A stretch of DNA of 64,000 nt. Origin: Eledone cirrhosa (lineage: Eukaryota). Position 1 is the stretch's first letter. Every line of letters starts with the position of its first letter. Below, piece after piece: positions 37,001 to 48,704 of the stretch. The DNA is taken from the NCBI GenBank assembly GCA_964016885.1, contig OZ024745.1, positions 66,464,001-66,528,000 of the forward strand, written 5' to 3'. The position numbers were made by a program, and so were the translations under genes. The notes below the pieces were generated by a model. The model worked only from the letters and a program-made list of their open reading frames with translations. It made no database searches and was not told where the DNA came from.

Positions 37001-37526
37001 CGGGTATTATTTATCTCAGTATTCAGATCATTGTCTGCTTCGGGTGGTTCCTCCGTTCTCTCCACCTCTTCACCTTCATTTCCCACTGGCTCGTTTGCCT
37101 GGCATACTCCACCCTCCATCTCCAAGCTAATCTCTCTACTCAGTTCCTCCAGTTCCAGCTCGCTTATCCACCCATTAGTTCTTATTACCCGAGCCTGCCC
37201 GGCCAATTTTTGTTCATCTAATTTAAATAGACCAATCTCGTTCCAGATGTTATGCATCCGTCTCCTATAACCCCTCTCCTTGGGGTTACTTTTCAGGTAA
37301 CATTGCATAACAGATCTATTCAATTCTTTCGTCCAGTTGGTTCTGGTCCCTTTCCTTCTTCTTCTTCCTCCGACACCAACAGTATTTGGTTGACAGCCAG
37401 GTTCCTGCTGCTGAGCCAGGGAGCACCTGTTGGGTGAGAGTCTGTCACATGAAGTTCTAGTCTCCATTTCACCGTTATTCGAACTGTTTAGGTTCGATAT
37501 TTAAACACTCTTATCGAGGATTATCG

Positions 37527-37527
<1 letters not shown>
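34000..37527 (-). mobile_element. Near full-length R4/Dong-type non-LTR retrotransposon (RT, CCHC knuckle, RLE endonuclease), three lesions
   Basis: One ORF from 37467 to 34074, broken by TAA at 36532, a frameshift at ~35260 and TAG at 34485. Motifs KSPGPDG, NYRPITCL, RGIFQGDSLSPLLF, LFMDDLKL, CRICGEREETVAHIVSEC, RPDLVV...DVACP...EKINRYQDL. Flanked by (TTA)n on both sides. Confidence 0.95.
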
Positions 37528-37560
<33 letters not shown>

Positions 37561-39369
37561 CAGTTGCATTTATCTTGCTTTATGTTCATACGAGTTATCA
37601 CCAAGTCATAACCAGTGACCTCAAGAGACAACAAGGTCCGCCATGTTCAAGAAAGAACATACATATTCACACATGCATCTTTAGTGTTTAGACTTGTGAT
37701 GTACTTATATTGACAGAATTTCCTTAGTATATGGGCAGTTCCCATTAATACTATCTTTTGTATTTCTCCTATACGCGGGTTTCCTGGGATTTGCGATATG
37801 TAATCATTAGACCCCTTAGGTATCATTCCCAGAGCGCCTACAACCACTGGTATTGTTTTAGTTCTCAATTTCCACATTTTTCCAATTTCTATCTCCAGGT
37901 CCTTATACTTGCTCAATTTTTCAAATGTTTTTATAGATACATTCTTGTCTATTGGAACAGACATATCAATTAGCAGGCATACCCTCTTTTGAAAGTCTTT
38001 CAATATTATATCAGGTCTGTTTGCATCTATTTTTCGGTCTGTTTGGATGCTAAAGTTCCACAAGATTGAGATGTGATCTTTTTCAAGTATGGGAGGTGGT
38101 TGATGCTCCCACCAATTCTTTTGATGGGGCAGGTCAAAATGCTTACACATTATCCAATGTATGTATTGTGCAGCTCTGTCATGCCTGTTTAGGTATTCGG
38201 TTGGAGCTATAGGACTGCACATTGAAATTATATGGTCAATGGTCTCTGGTTGTTTTTTGCATACATGGCATAATGGGCTGCACCCATTTTTTATTATGTT
38301 GGCTTGGTCATTTTTTGTTGGCAGACACTGATCTTGTGCCAATATAATCAGTCCTTCAGTCTCCGATTTCAGTCCAGAGGATGCCAACTACTGATGGGTT
38401 AAAGTTTTGTCAACATCAGGATTGTTAGCTCGCTCTGGGTATTTTCCATACAGAGGCTTTTCTTGCCATTTCTTAGCCAGTTTCTGTAGCAGTTCTTTCT
38501 TTGCAGTTACTTTTACCTGCTTTGCTTTTTCTGTGTTTTCCATTTCAGCAGTAAATGAGACTTCTGAAATTTGTAGTCCATTACTGTATCTTTGTGCATC
38601 TTTTGTAATGGAATATGATCTTTTGATGCTTTCGTGTTTCAAAACGAGTTTGATCATGCAATCATGTGATTCCCTTAGATATGTAGATAATCCAATTGTA
38701 GCAGTTTTCAACGCAATGTCTAACTGGATTAACCCACGTCCTCCTTCTTTCCTAGGGAGATATATTCTATCTATATCTGCCTTAGGGTGATGCATTCTGT
38801 GCATGGTGAAGAATTTTCGAATTTTTGTATCGAGCCTACGGATCTCTGTGCTTGACCAGTTGATGACATTGTAACTGTAGGTTACTACTGGTATGGCAAG
38901 CGTCTTTATGGCATCGATCCTATTCCTTGCATTCAATTCCGTTCTTAAGATTGCTCTTACTCTGCGGTAACATTCCTTCCTTATCCTTTCCCTCATTGTC
39001 GAGTGCTTGATTCCGTCTCCTTCACAAACACCTAGATATTTGTAAGTTTTTTCTTGATCAAGTTCTCTTATCACATTCCCCCGATCAAGATTAATGTCTG
39101 AACTCTTCAGCAGCTTTCCTCTGGTGAACGTTGCTTTGGCGCATTTATCTAGTCCAAACTCCATTTTAATGTCATCACTGAACTGCTTCACAGTGGATAA
39201 TAGCCCTTGCAATTGTTCATCATTTTTTGCAAATAGTTTCAGGTCATCCATGTAGAACAGGTGATTAATGGTTTTGTCATAGACTTTATATCCATGTTTT
39301 GTTTCATTGAGCATTTTACTTAATGGTATAAGTGCGATGCAGAATAAAAGCGGTGATAAAGAGTCACCC

Positions 39370-39370
<1 letters not shown>
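37561..39370 (-). mobile_element. Second R4/Dong-type family, 5'-truncated (~1.8 kb)
   Basis: GDSLSPLLF, HLFYMDDLKLF, CHVCKKQPETIDHIISMC, RPDIIL...DMSVP...EKLSKYKDL; in-frame stop at 38388; (TTA)n on both sides. Confidence 0.93.
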
Positions 39371-39416
<46 letters not shown>

Positions 39417-39422
<6 letters not shown>

Positions 39423-39519
39423 TGTGATGATAGGAAGGGATTTTAAGTAAATTTATTTACAACCTCTAGGATGTTGAGCATCCATATAGAAACTCACATA
39501 TTCGGTCACAGTTGTGTTT
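39417..39519 (-). repeat. Right copy of the ~103-bp inverted duplication
   Basis: Reverse complement of 33657-33760. Confidence 0.93.
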
Positions 39520-40451
39520 TAAAACAAGTAAGCATTGATCAAGCAAGTCTATGAACAGCACAGTTGTAACTACCACATTTTTATTGCATAATGGGGACTA
39601 TATTGTCCAGTGTATCCATATATTATTGAAGATTAATATATGGTTGTTTCTGTTTTACCTCATATCATTAATACAAACATGAAAGTTATAGCCATTGCAA
39701 CTCTCAGACTTTAAATGGGATTTATAACTACCAAGGAATGGTAGTGGAAATTAACTAAAGAATAATCTTGCTGAAAGATGAAAACATGGCCAGCTTTTTG
39801 AATAGAGAGTTGGTGAAGAAGAGAGAATATGATTGTAGTGGCTGTGTTGATGATGATGATGATGATGATAATGATGATAACCAGAAACTACTGATATTTT
39901 GAGAATTCTGTTTTAAAAGCGTTCATTGCTCCAAACATTTATACTTAAAGTCAAAACTATTAGTGAGAAGCTATATTAATAGAAGGTCACAAGTTTAATA
40001 GACATAGATTCCTAGCATTAAGCAGGAACCATTATGCTTTGTAATCCAGTTAAATTACTTAAACTACTTAACTTTAGCTACATATCACTTCTACAGAAAA
40101 TAAGCAATCAAGTTTTAAAACAGAGCAAAAAATTTGGAGAAATTTTCAGAAACATCACACATACACACGTGTGTGTGAATAGAGGGTATTGGCAAAATAC
40201 TTCAGAGGAGTGTTCACATAGAAGTAGAGATTTGCATTCTAAGTATGATAAGTGGAATAAACTTTAATCAAATAAAACTATCCTCACAGGAGATAACCTG
40301 CCAAAAGCCACACACAAGATCTGTAGATAAAAATGGTTCCATCCACGTGGAGGATAACATTGTTGTTGATTGGTACAGTAGATAGAACCATTAAGTTCAA
40401 AGAATGGGTCAATATGAAAAGGTGGAAGGGAGAGAGAGAGAGGGGCATGAA

Positions 40452-40616
40452 ATAATTGTTTCTACTTTTGGCACAAGGCCAGCAAATCTTCCAGTGTATT
40501 ACTGGTACTATATTTTATCGACCCTGTAAGGATGAAAGGCAAAGTTAACTTTGACGGGATTTGAACTCAGACCACAAAGGCCCGTAATGCTTTGCTGCAA
40601 AGCATGGCACCCGACC
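40452..40616 (-). mobile_element. SINE family A, 5'-truncated
   Basis: Reverse-complement core and tail. Confidence 0.82.
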
Positions 40617-41359
40617 TTAACTAGATGTCAAGGATAACTAAGAGAGAGAGGAACAGATATCAAGAGGGTTTTCCATGTTCTGCACTGCATGGATCTGAGA
40701 TTAGGTATGTATTGGTTTGAGAAATATTTTTAAAATCAAGATACGTTTGAGATAATTGTATATGTAGGAATCCATCTGGCATTGCCTTTTTCCACAGATT
40801 CAGCAATTGAGATCATAAGTCCCCTTTCACTTGTTCTGCTTTTGCACACTCTAACTATTTATTTTTCAAGGTATTCCCCCTAAGATCTATCCAGATCAGT
40901 AGAAACAGACTCTCCATGTAAAAGTTGTAGCTAGCACAGTCTTGTTACTAAGTCTAAGCTTCCGGTCTTTCCCTGAATATGATTAGTTGCCTAGGACTGT
41001 GAGAATTATTGTCTGGAAAAACGTTATATATTGTGCATCACACAGTGAAAGGTACTACTTCAACAGAGCCTTTGTTTAAGAAAGCATAACTAAAAGTACG
41101 CTTGAACCTGTATGTCACATGCCACATGTGCCCCAGAAGCTACCTTCAAGACCACTCTGTGTGGGTTTCTTCTTGACAAGTTGGAATCCACTCTAATCAA
41201 AACCATACCACAGGCATTTCTTCTTGGCAATGATGATGATATGTAATAATAGTGGTGCACTCACTCACCAACACAAAGAAGAAAGGAATCTTGAAATGTT
41301 ACATCAAGAAACTGATGAATGAAGAGAATATGTGTGAAGAAAGGGCATTTATCAAGTAG

Positions 41360-41530
41360 ACCAAATAAAGAGATTAGTAATTGGAATTAACAACTATAGT
41401 CAAAAGACCTATTAAGAACATAAAGGCAGGAAAAGATGCAAAACCATCAGTGAGACAGTCACTAAGATGCTAAACATATCTGTCAAAATAAGGCATGTGC
41501 TAGTCACTTGCATAGTTAATCAGGTAGTAT
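41360..41530 (+). mobile_element. Very old RTE RT fragment
   Basis: IKNIKAGKDAKPS...VTKMLNISVKIRHVLVTCIVNQVV resembles IKDMKTGKAAGPSEIVAEVLKASGTVGHTMVTRIVNHVI of the 21819 element. Confidence 0.5.
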
Positions 41531-43308
41531 AGGCAGGAACATGTACATTGACTGACATAGTTCTTGACTTTGAATTGCAAGAAATGCAATATTTATTTAA
41601 TCAGACTTATGTTTTATAGGCAGAGGTTGAGAGATTATGCAATGAGTATTCCAGGTCTGATTTCCTATTGAAAAGAAAAAAATACACTTGAAACAACTGA
41701 GGGCTGCATTGAGTAGAGAAATACTTGAAAATGTTCCATTCTATAGTAGACAGATAATAGCAGCTGCCGATATGATGCCTTGGAATACATTATAACAGCT
41801 GCTTCTTTGATGTATTAGTAGAATACATCATAGTAACAACTGCTATGATGTGTTAGAATACAGGATAGAATCATCTACTTTGATGTATTCTTTCATATAA
41901 TTTCTGGTACTTGTATCTTTTCTGATAAAACTATTCATAATTCTATGATTTCTGATCATTTATTAGTGATGTGATTTTTTTCATTCTGTAGAATAGGTCT
42001 TGAAATGTAAATGTGTTTCCTTTCTTAGTTTCGTTTCGTGTGTCATTTGTATAAAAAGACAAAAATAGGTTTATTCAGATATAATGCATCACATGGTGAA
42101 GGTTAGGCATAGTTGCCAAGAAATTGTTACTACAAAAATATCCTATTTACATTTTTATCATTAATATTTTTCTATTGATTCACATAAATAGGGTTTCTTT
42201 TTTTAGCACTGCTTTAACAGCTCACTGTTCTTTCTATCTTTGATGTAGGAAAAAAGACAGTTTTTAGTCAAGCAATCTGAAGAAATTAAACTTCAGATTG
42301 CTTAACTGAAATTCTTATACAGAAGCATAACACTATGGTTGTAGTAAAATTTGCACTCCTGACAATAAGGTAAATATTACCTGATCTTAACCTCACATTG
42401 TAACTCAAGACCAAGCTAGATTAAAGCTACTGATATAGATTTCTTGTTCATGAAATATATTAAATAATGGTTTTAGCCAAATAAACACATGCTGAATATT
42501 CACATGTTTTTCACAATGGATAACAACGACTTGTTTAATATATTTACTTATCATTCGACTTGATATGGGCTATGAATGTGTATTTTTTTCATTATACAAC
42601 AATATTTGTTTGTATCTTTTTAACAATAATGTACAACAATTATAATTGAAATACATGAAAATGTGTTAATGCATCCCTATATATTAGATTTTCTGCTCCA
42701 GATTGTCATTGATTGTATATATTTCATATATAAAGAATGTGCTTGGTATTTCCTCATGCTGAACACACTATGATTTATTACTTATCTTCTTCTTCAATTC
42801 CCAGCTACCTTCCGATTGTTTATCACTTCTCTTTCATCTCTCTTGTTGCCCACTTTCTTTTATCAATCTAATGATAGAGATTAAACACCCTTCTCCTTTG
42901 TCATCTCATTTCGGGGAAGGTCATTGGGAAGAGTCCTCAAGCATACCTTCCAGTGGGTTCTGTCAGAAGCAACTATCTCCAATCGATCAGACTTGATCCC
43001 CAAGCTTATAGATGTTATCCAACATTTTGCCTATTGTCGAAAACAGGGATCTATCTTTAACCACTTTTCAAAATAGTCCTGAGATACATAAAATTCAATA
43101 TCTAATTCAGTGGACTGTGCTGGTTTTCTTGAGACGACAAGGGTATCAGTGCTCACAGCAATGATTTTCATTACTGCAGTGCAGCACCTGGCAACAAATC
43201 AATCAAGAGCTGTTCAGCTAAAGTCACAGAAGGTAGATAATGAAAAGGCCACCTGATATTATGGTTAGTTGCAACATAAGCAGGATCCTGTCAGACAAAT
43301 AAGCAGTC

Positions 43309-43369
43309 TGAAACAACAGCAGTAAACTTCAAGGAGAGATGTAGCAATTGGTGACACTGTTAGCTACCA
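43309..43369 (+). repeat. 61-bp segment duplicated at 47233-47293
   Basis: TGAAACAACAGCAGTAAACTTCAAGGAGA(G/A)ATGTAGCAATTGGTGACACTGTTAGCTACCA, one mismatch. Confidence 0.9.
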
Positions 43370-44014
43370 AAAAAATTATTACATCCCAGTAATGTAGCTA
43401 TGATGAGACTTGTAAAAACTGCCTCTAAAAAACCATAGTTTTCGGCAATCTGGGAAAAGTAGATTAGTGACTGGCACAAATAAGATCTCCAAAAACTGCA
43501 ATATGGTTAGATGGAATAAAAGATCTCATACCACATTGTTCATTGTGGTGCTTTCAGACCCACTTATACTCACAAAATAAAATATTACTTCAATGTTTAT
43601 CATATACATACACACACTAAATAAAATGTCAATATTTAATGCATAAACTCTGAGGATATATTATAGTAGCATTTTCATCAACAACTTAGTTAAAACAATA
43701 TATCTTATGGTGGAATTCCTTCTGTTAAGATACTTTTGCTTCTCTACAATTTGTTGAATTGAATACTTTTATAATTTTTAAAATTTAAATACGTATTTCC
43801 AAAACATTTTTCACCCACCACAGTTTTTAGTGGTATTTACAAAAATATATATACATTACATACAGACACATACACATATGCATAAAACTGTCATGAAATA
43901 ATTGTAATAGAGTTATTTAAACCATTATCAGTGTTTCAGAAAATACATCAATCACATTTTTTGTATATATTAAATTTACATATAATGAATAAAACACACA
44001 CACACATATGTATA

Positions 44015-44495
44015 TGTGCAGAGCACTAGAAGTCGATGGAAGCTGTGGAGGGGGGAGACCCAAGAAGACCTGGGATGAGGTGATAAAAGCCGACCTTATC
44101 CAATTGCACCTCTCAAAAGCAATGACACAGGACCGTGACCTCTGGCATCATGCAGTAATACAGAAGACCCGACTTCCCACACGGAGAAGCCGAAGCTGAA
44201 GCATATAGACAATATGCCCCACCCACTCCCACTGCAAAGTGGTCGTGGAGGTGCCACAGCAAAAAGAGCACCCAGCCCACACTGTAAAGTGGTCATGTAG
44301 GCGCCACGGAAAAAAGCACCCAGCACTAACTGTAAATGAGGTTGGTGTTAGGAAGGGCATCCAGCTGTAGAAATCAAGCCAGAATCAGTTCCCATATGAG
44401 GAAGACAAGGTCAGCCGACTGGGCACTGCCCACAATGGGACAACCCGTCTAACCCATGTTAGCATGGAAGAATGGACGTAAAACGGTGATGATGA
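44015..44495 (+). mobile_element. RTE LINE 3' end (subfamily 2)
   Basis: CRALEVDGSCGGGRPKKTWDEVIKADL, 3' UTR, GAT tail. Confidence 0.88.
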
Positions 44496-44608
44496 TACAC
44501 ACATATATTGTTTTCATTGCAAAATTGCAAGTTGAATAAGCTGAATCCATTCTATTATATGCATGTCCTTGTGTTTCTCCATGTTATGCCTTTTTTGTGG
44601 CATTGAAT

Positions 44609-44646
<38 letters not shown>

Positions 44647-44647
<1 letters not shown>

Positions 44648-44857
44648 GTTTCTTATATAGGCACAAGGCCAGCAATTTTGGGGGAGAGGAAAGTCGATTA
44701 AATCGACCCCAGTACGTGACTGCTGCTTTATTTTATCGACCCCGTAAGGATGAGAGGCAAAGTTAACCTCAGCAGGATTTGATCTCAGAGTGTAAAGAGC
44801 CATAACTCGGCTGTAAAGCATGGTGTCTGACGCTCTATTGATACTGCCAAACCACCA
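44647..44857 (-). mobile_element. SINE family A with (AAT)n tail (44610-44646)
   Basis: Reverse-complement core. Confidence 0.82.
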
Positions 44858-47232
44858 ATGATAATAACAATAATAATATATGTATATATATATATACACA
44901 TATACATACACATATATGTATATGTGTGTGAGTCCCAGGTTCTCTCATCTCTTACTCCACTGGATAGCGCTTTCGCTTGTGTCAGAGGCTGTGACCCCAG
45001 GTGGACTAGTAGTACTGTTGGTAGGGACTGAAACTGCCAAAAGTTTGTCTCACTGGCTGATGACCCTGGTATACAGAATACCAGGGTCTTTTGTTTGTAT
45101 TTTTATTTACAAAAAATATTTTTTTAAGGTTTCCCCTTAAAAGATTGTTTTTCATTTTGCTTTGCTTTCATTCAATTTTTGAAAGTAAGTTCATCATATA
45201 TATATATTGTGAGAGAGAGGTGATATATGTACCAATTCTCGTATGTAGCAAACACTGCAAGTACACATGGCTACATTACAATAACAGAAAGCTAGCTCCT
45301 CCTCCTCTTTCAGTCTGTCAAAATTTTTCTTTATCTCTTTTGATTTCTCACTCTCCGAGTTGTTCAACACATCTTTCCTCTTTTTACATCTATATCAATA
45401 TCTCTTTTATCATTTGCTGCACTCTCATTCTCACAGACTATTTGATTCTATGTGTGGGTTTGTTTGGGGCGTATGTGTCTGCTTTATGTTCATGTGTCTG
45501 TTTTCTTATGTATCTGTTTGTTTTATTTTTTTTTCTGCAAGTGCGTATTCATTAATGGATGCAAATGATTTATCTCTGTATTGATTGCTATAAGAAAAAA
45601 TATTTTGTTTTGGGAATTCCAATTCAATAAATGCGCTCACCTTTGGGAAAAGTGCTTTTGTTTAATTGTACTTTAGTGGAACCATTTTTCGGGTACAATG
45701 GTTTGTTTTCCTTACAAATAAGGACCACACATCGTTCAATTACTGAATTATATATACGAGAAAAACAGAGAGAGAGAGGGAGAAGAAAGAGGTTAGAATC
45801 AGAATAACTGATTATAAATATCAAAAATAGACCTGAGTGTATGTTCCACAGAAGAGCATTCTGCATGCTAAATGGGGTAGAGTCTAATCTATGTAATATA
45901 ATAATTTGAAAGATTAGCTTAAGATATTCTTGAAATTAGAAGACCAATGTCCTACTTACAATTAGAAAACACAATTCATGCAAAAGAAAGTGGGAGAAAG
46001 CGATTCTAAAGCCTCTGACCTGACCCAAATTCTTGCAGTGGGAAGGAAACATTTAAAAACACCTGAGGTCATGATGAACATGGTGAGGAATTTGCATTTG
46101 GAATGTAAAAGGCAAAACAAATACTACAAAAAACTGTCTGATGCTTTAATATTTCTGGCTGTCGACAAACCTTTATTGACTCTAGAATAACGACAAGCAA
46201 AGTTGACCGTAGTATGATTTCAACTTTGAACATAGGGAGCCATTATAAATATTATATCGTATTACATTTGACATTACAATGGTCATGCTAATTCATTGCT
46301 TTTTAAAGTAGGGGTAAAATTCCAGATATTTGCATTTCAGGGGAAAATTGTAATTCCACAAAATAAATGAAAATTTGTCTCAAGTTCTATAGTGTTTTTC
46401 TTTTTCTTGTTTTGAAGTTTATTAGGGATGAAGTAATAAAACTGAGATTGCAGGGCAGTACTCAAGGAGGGGTCTTACTATTTTTTTTTTTTTTTTTATA
46501 GAAGTTCGAAGTAGTTAACAATTCTTTGAAATGTAAATATGTAAAATTCTGTTATTCTTTATTACACTGACAGCTATATATTCATACTCTGACACATATG
46601 TTGAAATAAATATAAAAGTAAAGATTAAAAATATATGCAAATTTCACCACATTACAATAATAAATATAGAATTATTAATAAAATATTATAACTTATCGAT
46701 TTTAGTGTTTCAATTTAATTCAAATCAAGTTTTTGGCGTGATTTTAATTTGCCTGAATTTAATTAGAATTCAGGAATTAATTTACAGTATTTTACCTTGG
46801 ATTACCTTTGAATTTCATCTCTAAGAGTTTCATTATAAATCTAGTTGAAATTAAGTTAATCTGTATTAGCAAGTTTAATCATTTATTTAAAACTAAATAA
46901 AATTATACACAGTGTGTTTTGACGAGTTAAATTGAGTTAAAAATAGTTACGATGGATATGGAAATAGTAATTAAGCTTCAGAAAATTAGTAAGTTCTTAC
47001 ATGGAAGAAGTAAATTGCATTATAAATATTTACTGAAATAATTTATCAAATTGATGAGCAGTTTATCTAATAATCAACAGATATTCTCTCTAGACCTTCT
47101 CTTTGCTTTCAGATATACTAATATTTTTATATTTACTGATCATATATGATGTTTATGATTAATTTCCATTTGAAATACTGTTACAAATATACGTTGAAAA
47201 CACACACTCAAATATATATATATATATGTGTG

Positions 47233-47293
47233 TGAAACAACAGCAGTAAACTTCAAGGAGAAATGTAGCAATTGGTGACACTGTTAGCTACCA
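47233..47293 (+). repeat. Second copy of the 61-bp segment, embedded in (TA/TG)n
   Basis: See 43309-43369. Confidence 0.9.
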
Positions 47294-47348
47294 CTGTGCA
47301 TGTATATATACACATATATATATATGTATATAAATATGTCTATGTATG

Positions 47349-47380
<32 letters not shown>

Positions 47381-47481
47381 TGTGTATGTATATATATATA
47401 TATATATATGTGTGTGTTATCATCATCTTCATTTAACGTCCATCTTCCACGCTAGCATGTGTGTATATACATATGTATATT

Positions 47482-47740
47482 TATATGGACATGTGATGCG
47501 CATGGAGGATGACCGATAAGTGAAGAAGTGCCAGGGAATGCCAGTTGAAGAAAGACGTGGTAGAGGTAGACCACGAAAAACATGGGCGGAGGTGATGAGA
47601 ACAGACCTCAGATCATTGAAGCTCACAGTGGAGATGACGAAGGACCGTGATGAGTGGAGAGATGCTGTGCTGAATAAGACCCGTCCCACCCTTGCAAGCA
47701 GGGAAAAGCGGACGTAAAATTATGATGATGATGATGATGA
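47482..47740 (+). mobile_element. RTE LINE 3' end
   Basis: YGHVMRMEDDR*VKKCQGMPVEERRGRGRPRKTWAEV; GAT tail. Confidence 0.88.
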
Positions 47741-47770
47741 TATATAAATATATACATATATATATACATT

Positions 47771-48020
47771 TAGGTGTCACAACAAAAAAACACAGAGTCC
47801 ACGCTGTAATGTGGCCATGTAGGTAACACAGTAAAAACTTCCCAGTCCACACTGTAAACGTGGTTGGTGTTGGGAAGGGCATCCAGCCATAGAAAACCCA
47901 CCAGACAGTCCTATACGAGCAGGACAACCAATCTTGCCTCAAGTGGGAAAACTCCCATCCAAACACATGCAAGCGTGAAAGATGGACGTTAAACGATGAT
48001 GATGATGGTGATGATGATGA
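47771..48020 (+). mobile_element. RTE 3' UTR fragment with (GAT)n tail
   Basis: Homologous to 24966-25326. Confidence 0.85.
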
Positions 48021-48477
48021 TATATCAGGATAGAACCAGTTTGAAATGAGTTAGACCATTTCTCAACAGGGTTCTCGATAATTTGGGTAGTAGAGTATGG
48101 GATATTAAAAGGAGTTGCGACCCGACGGCTGAGCTCTTGTCATTTCTACACCCAGTTCCAGTCTGGAACTGGGTGTAGAAACAGCAAGATCTCAACCTTC
48201 GGATGCCAAATTTGTTATAACATGTGTGTGTGTGTGTGTGTGTGTGCACCCATGCATGTGTTAGTTAGGTGTGTCTTTGTAGATATAGTCTTGCATATCT
48301 GACGAGATGTCTAAAAAGATTTAGGGTCTGTCAGTTTGATTCTACCCTGAGCTGATCAGTATCGAAACAATTCTAATATGTCAATAAAGTTTGTACATAT
48401 GCTGCAACACTGCCTTCAATTCTACTTAATCTCCTTCTCTCTAAAATGGTTGTGATGGTGACATAGCAAAAAGCGAC

Positions 48478-48704
48478 TAGCCCACACTGTAAAGTGGTCG
48501 TGTATGTGTTACAACAAAAAGCACCCAGTACTCTCTGTAAATGAGGTTGGCATTAGGAAGGACATCCAGCTGTAGAACCAAGCCCAAATCACTTCTGTAT
48601 GAGAAAGACACAGTCACCTTACCTAGCATTGCCCACAACAGGACAACTCATCTAACCCATGCTAGCATGGAAAAATGGATGTAAAACGGTGATGATGATG
48701 ATGA
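48478..48704 (+). mobile_element. RTE/SINE 3' tail fragment
   Basis: CCCACACTGTAAAGTGGTCG...AGGAAGGACATCCAGCTGTAG...GAT tail. Confidence 0.75.

Noticed and set aside
34147-37437. Plus-strand ORFs opposite the Dong element, and similar antisense ORFs over other LINEs
   Set aside because: Antisense shadows of retroelement coding sequence
41750-41890. Degenerate ~36-bp tandem repeat (GAATACA...TGATGT)
   Set aside because: Ordinary decayed minisatellite with no further structure seen
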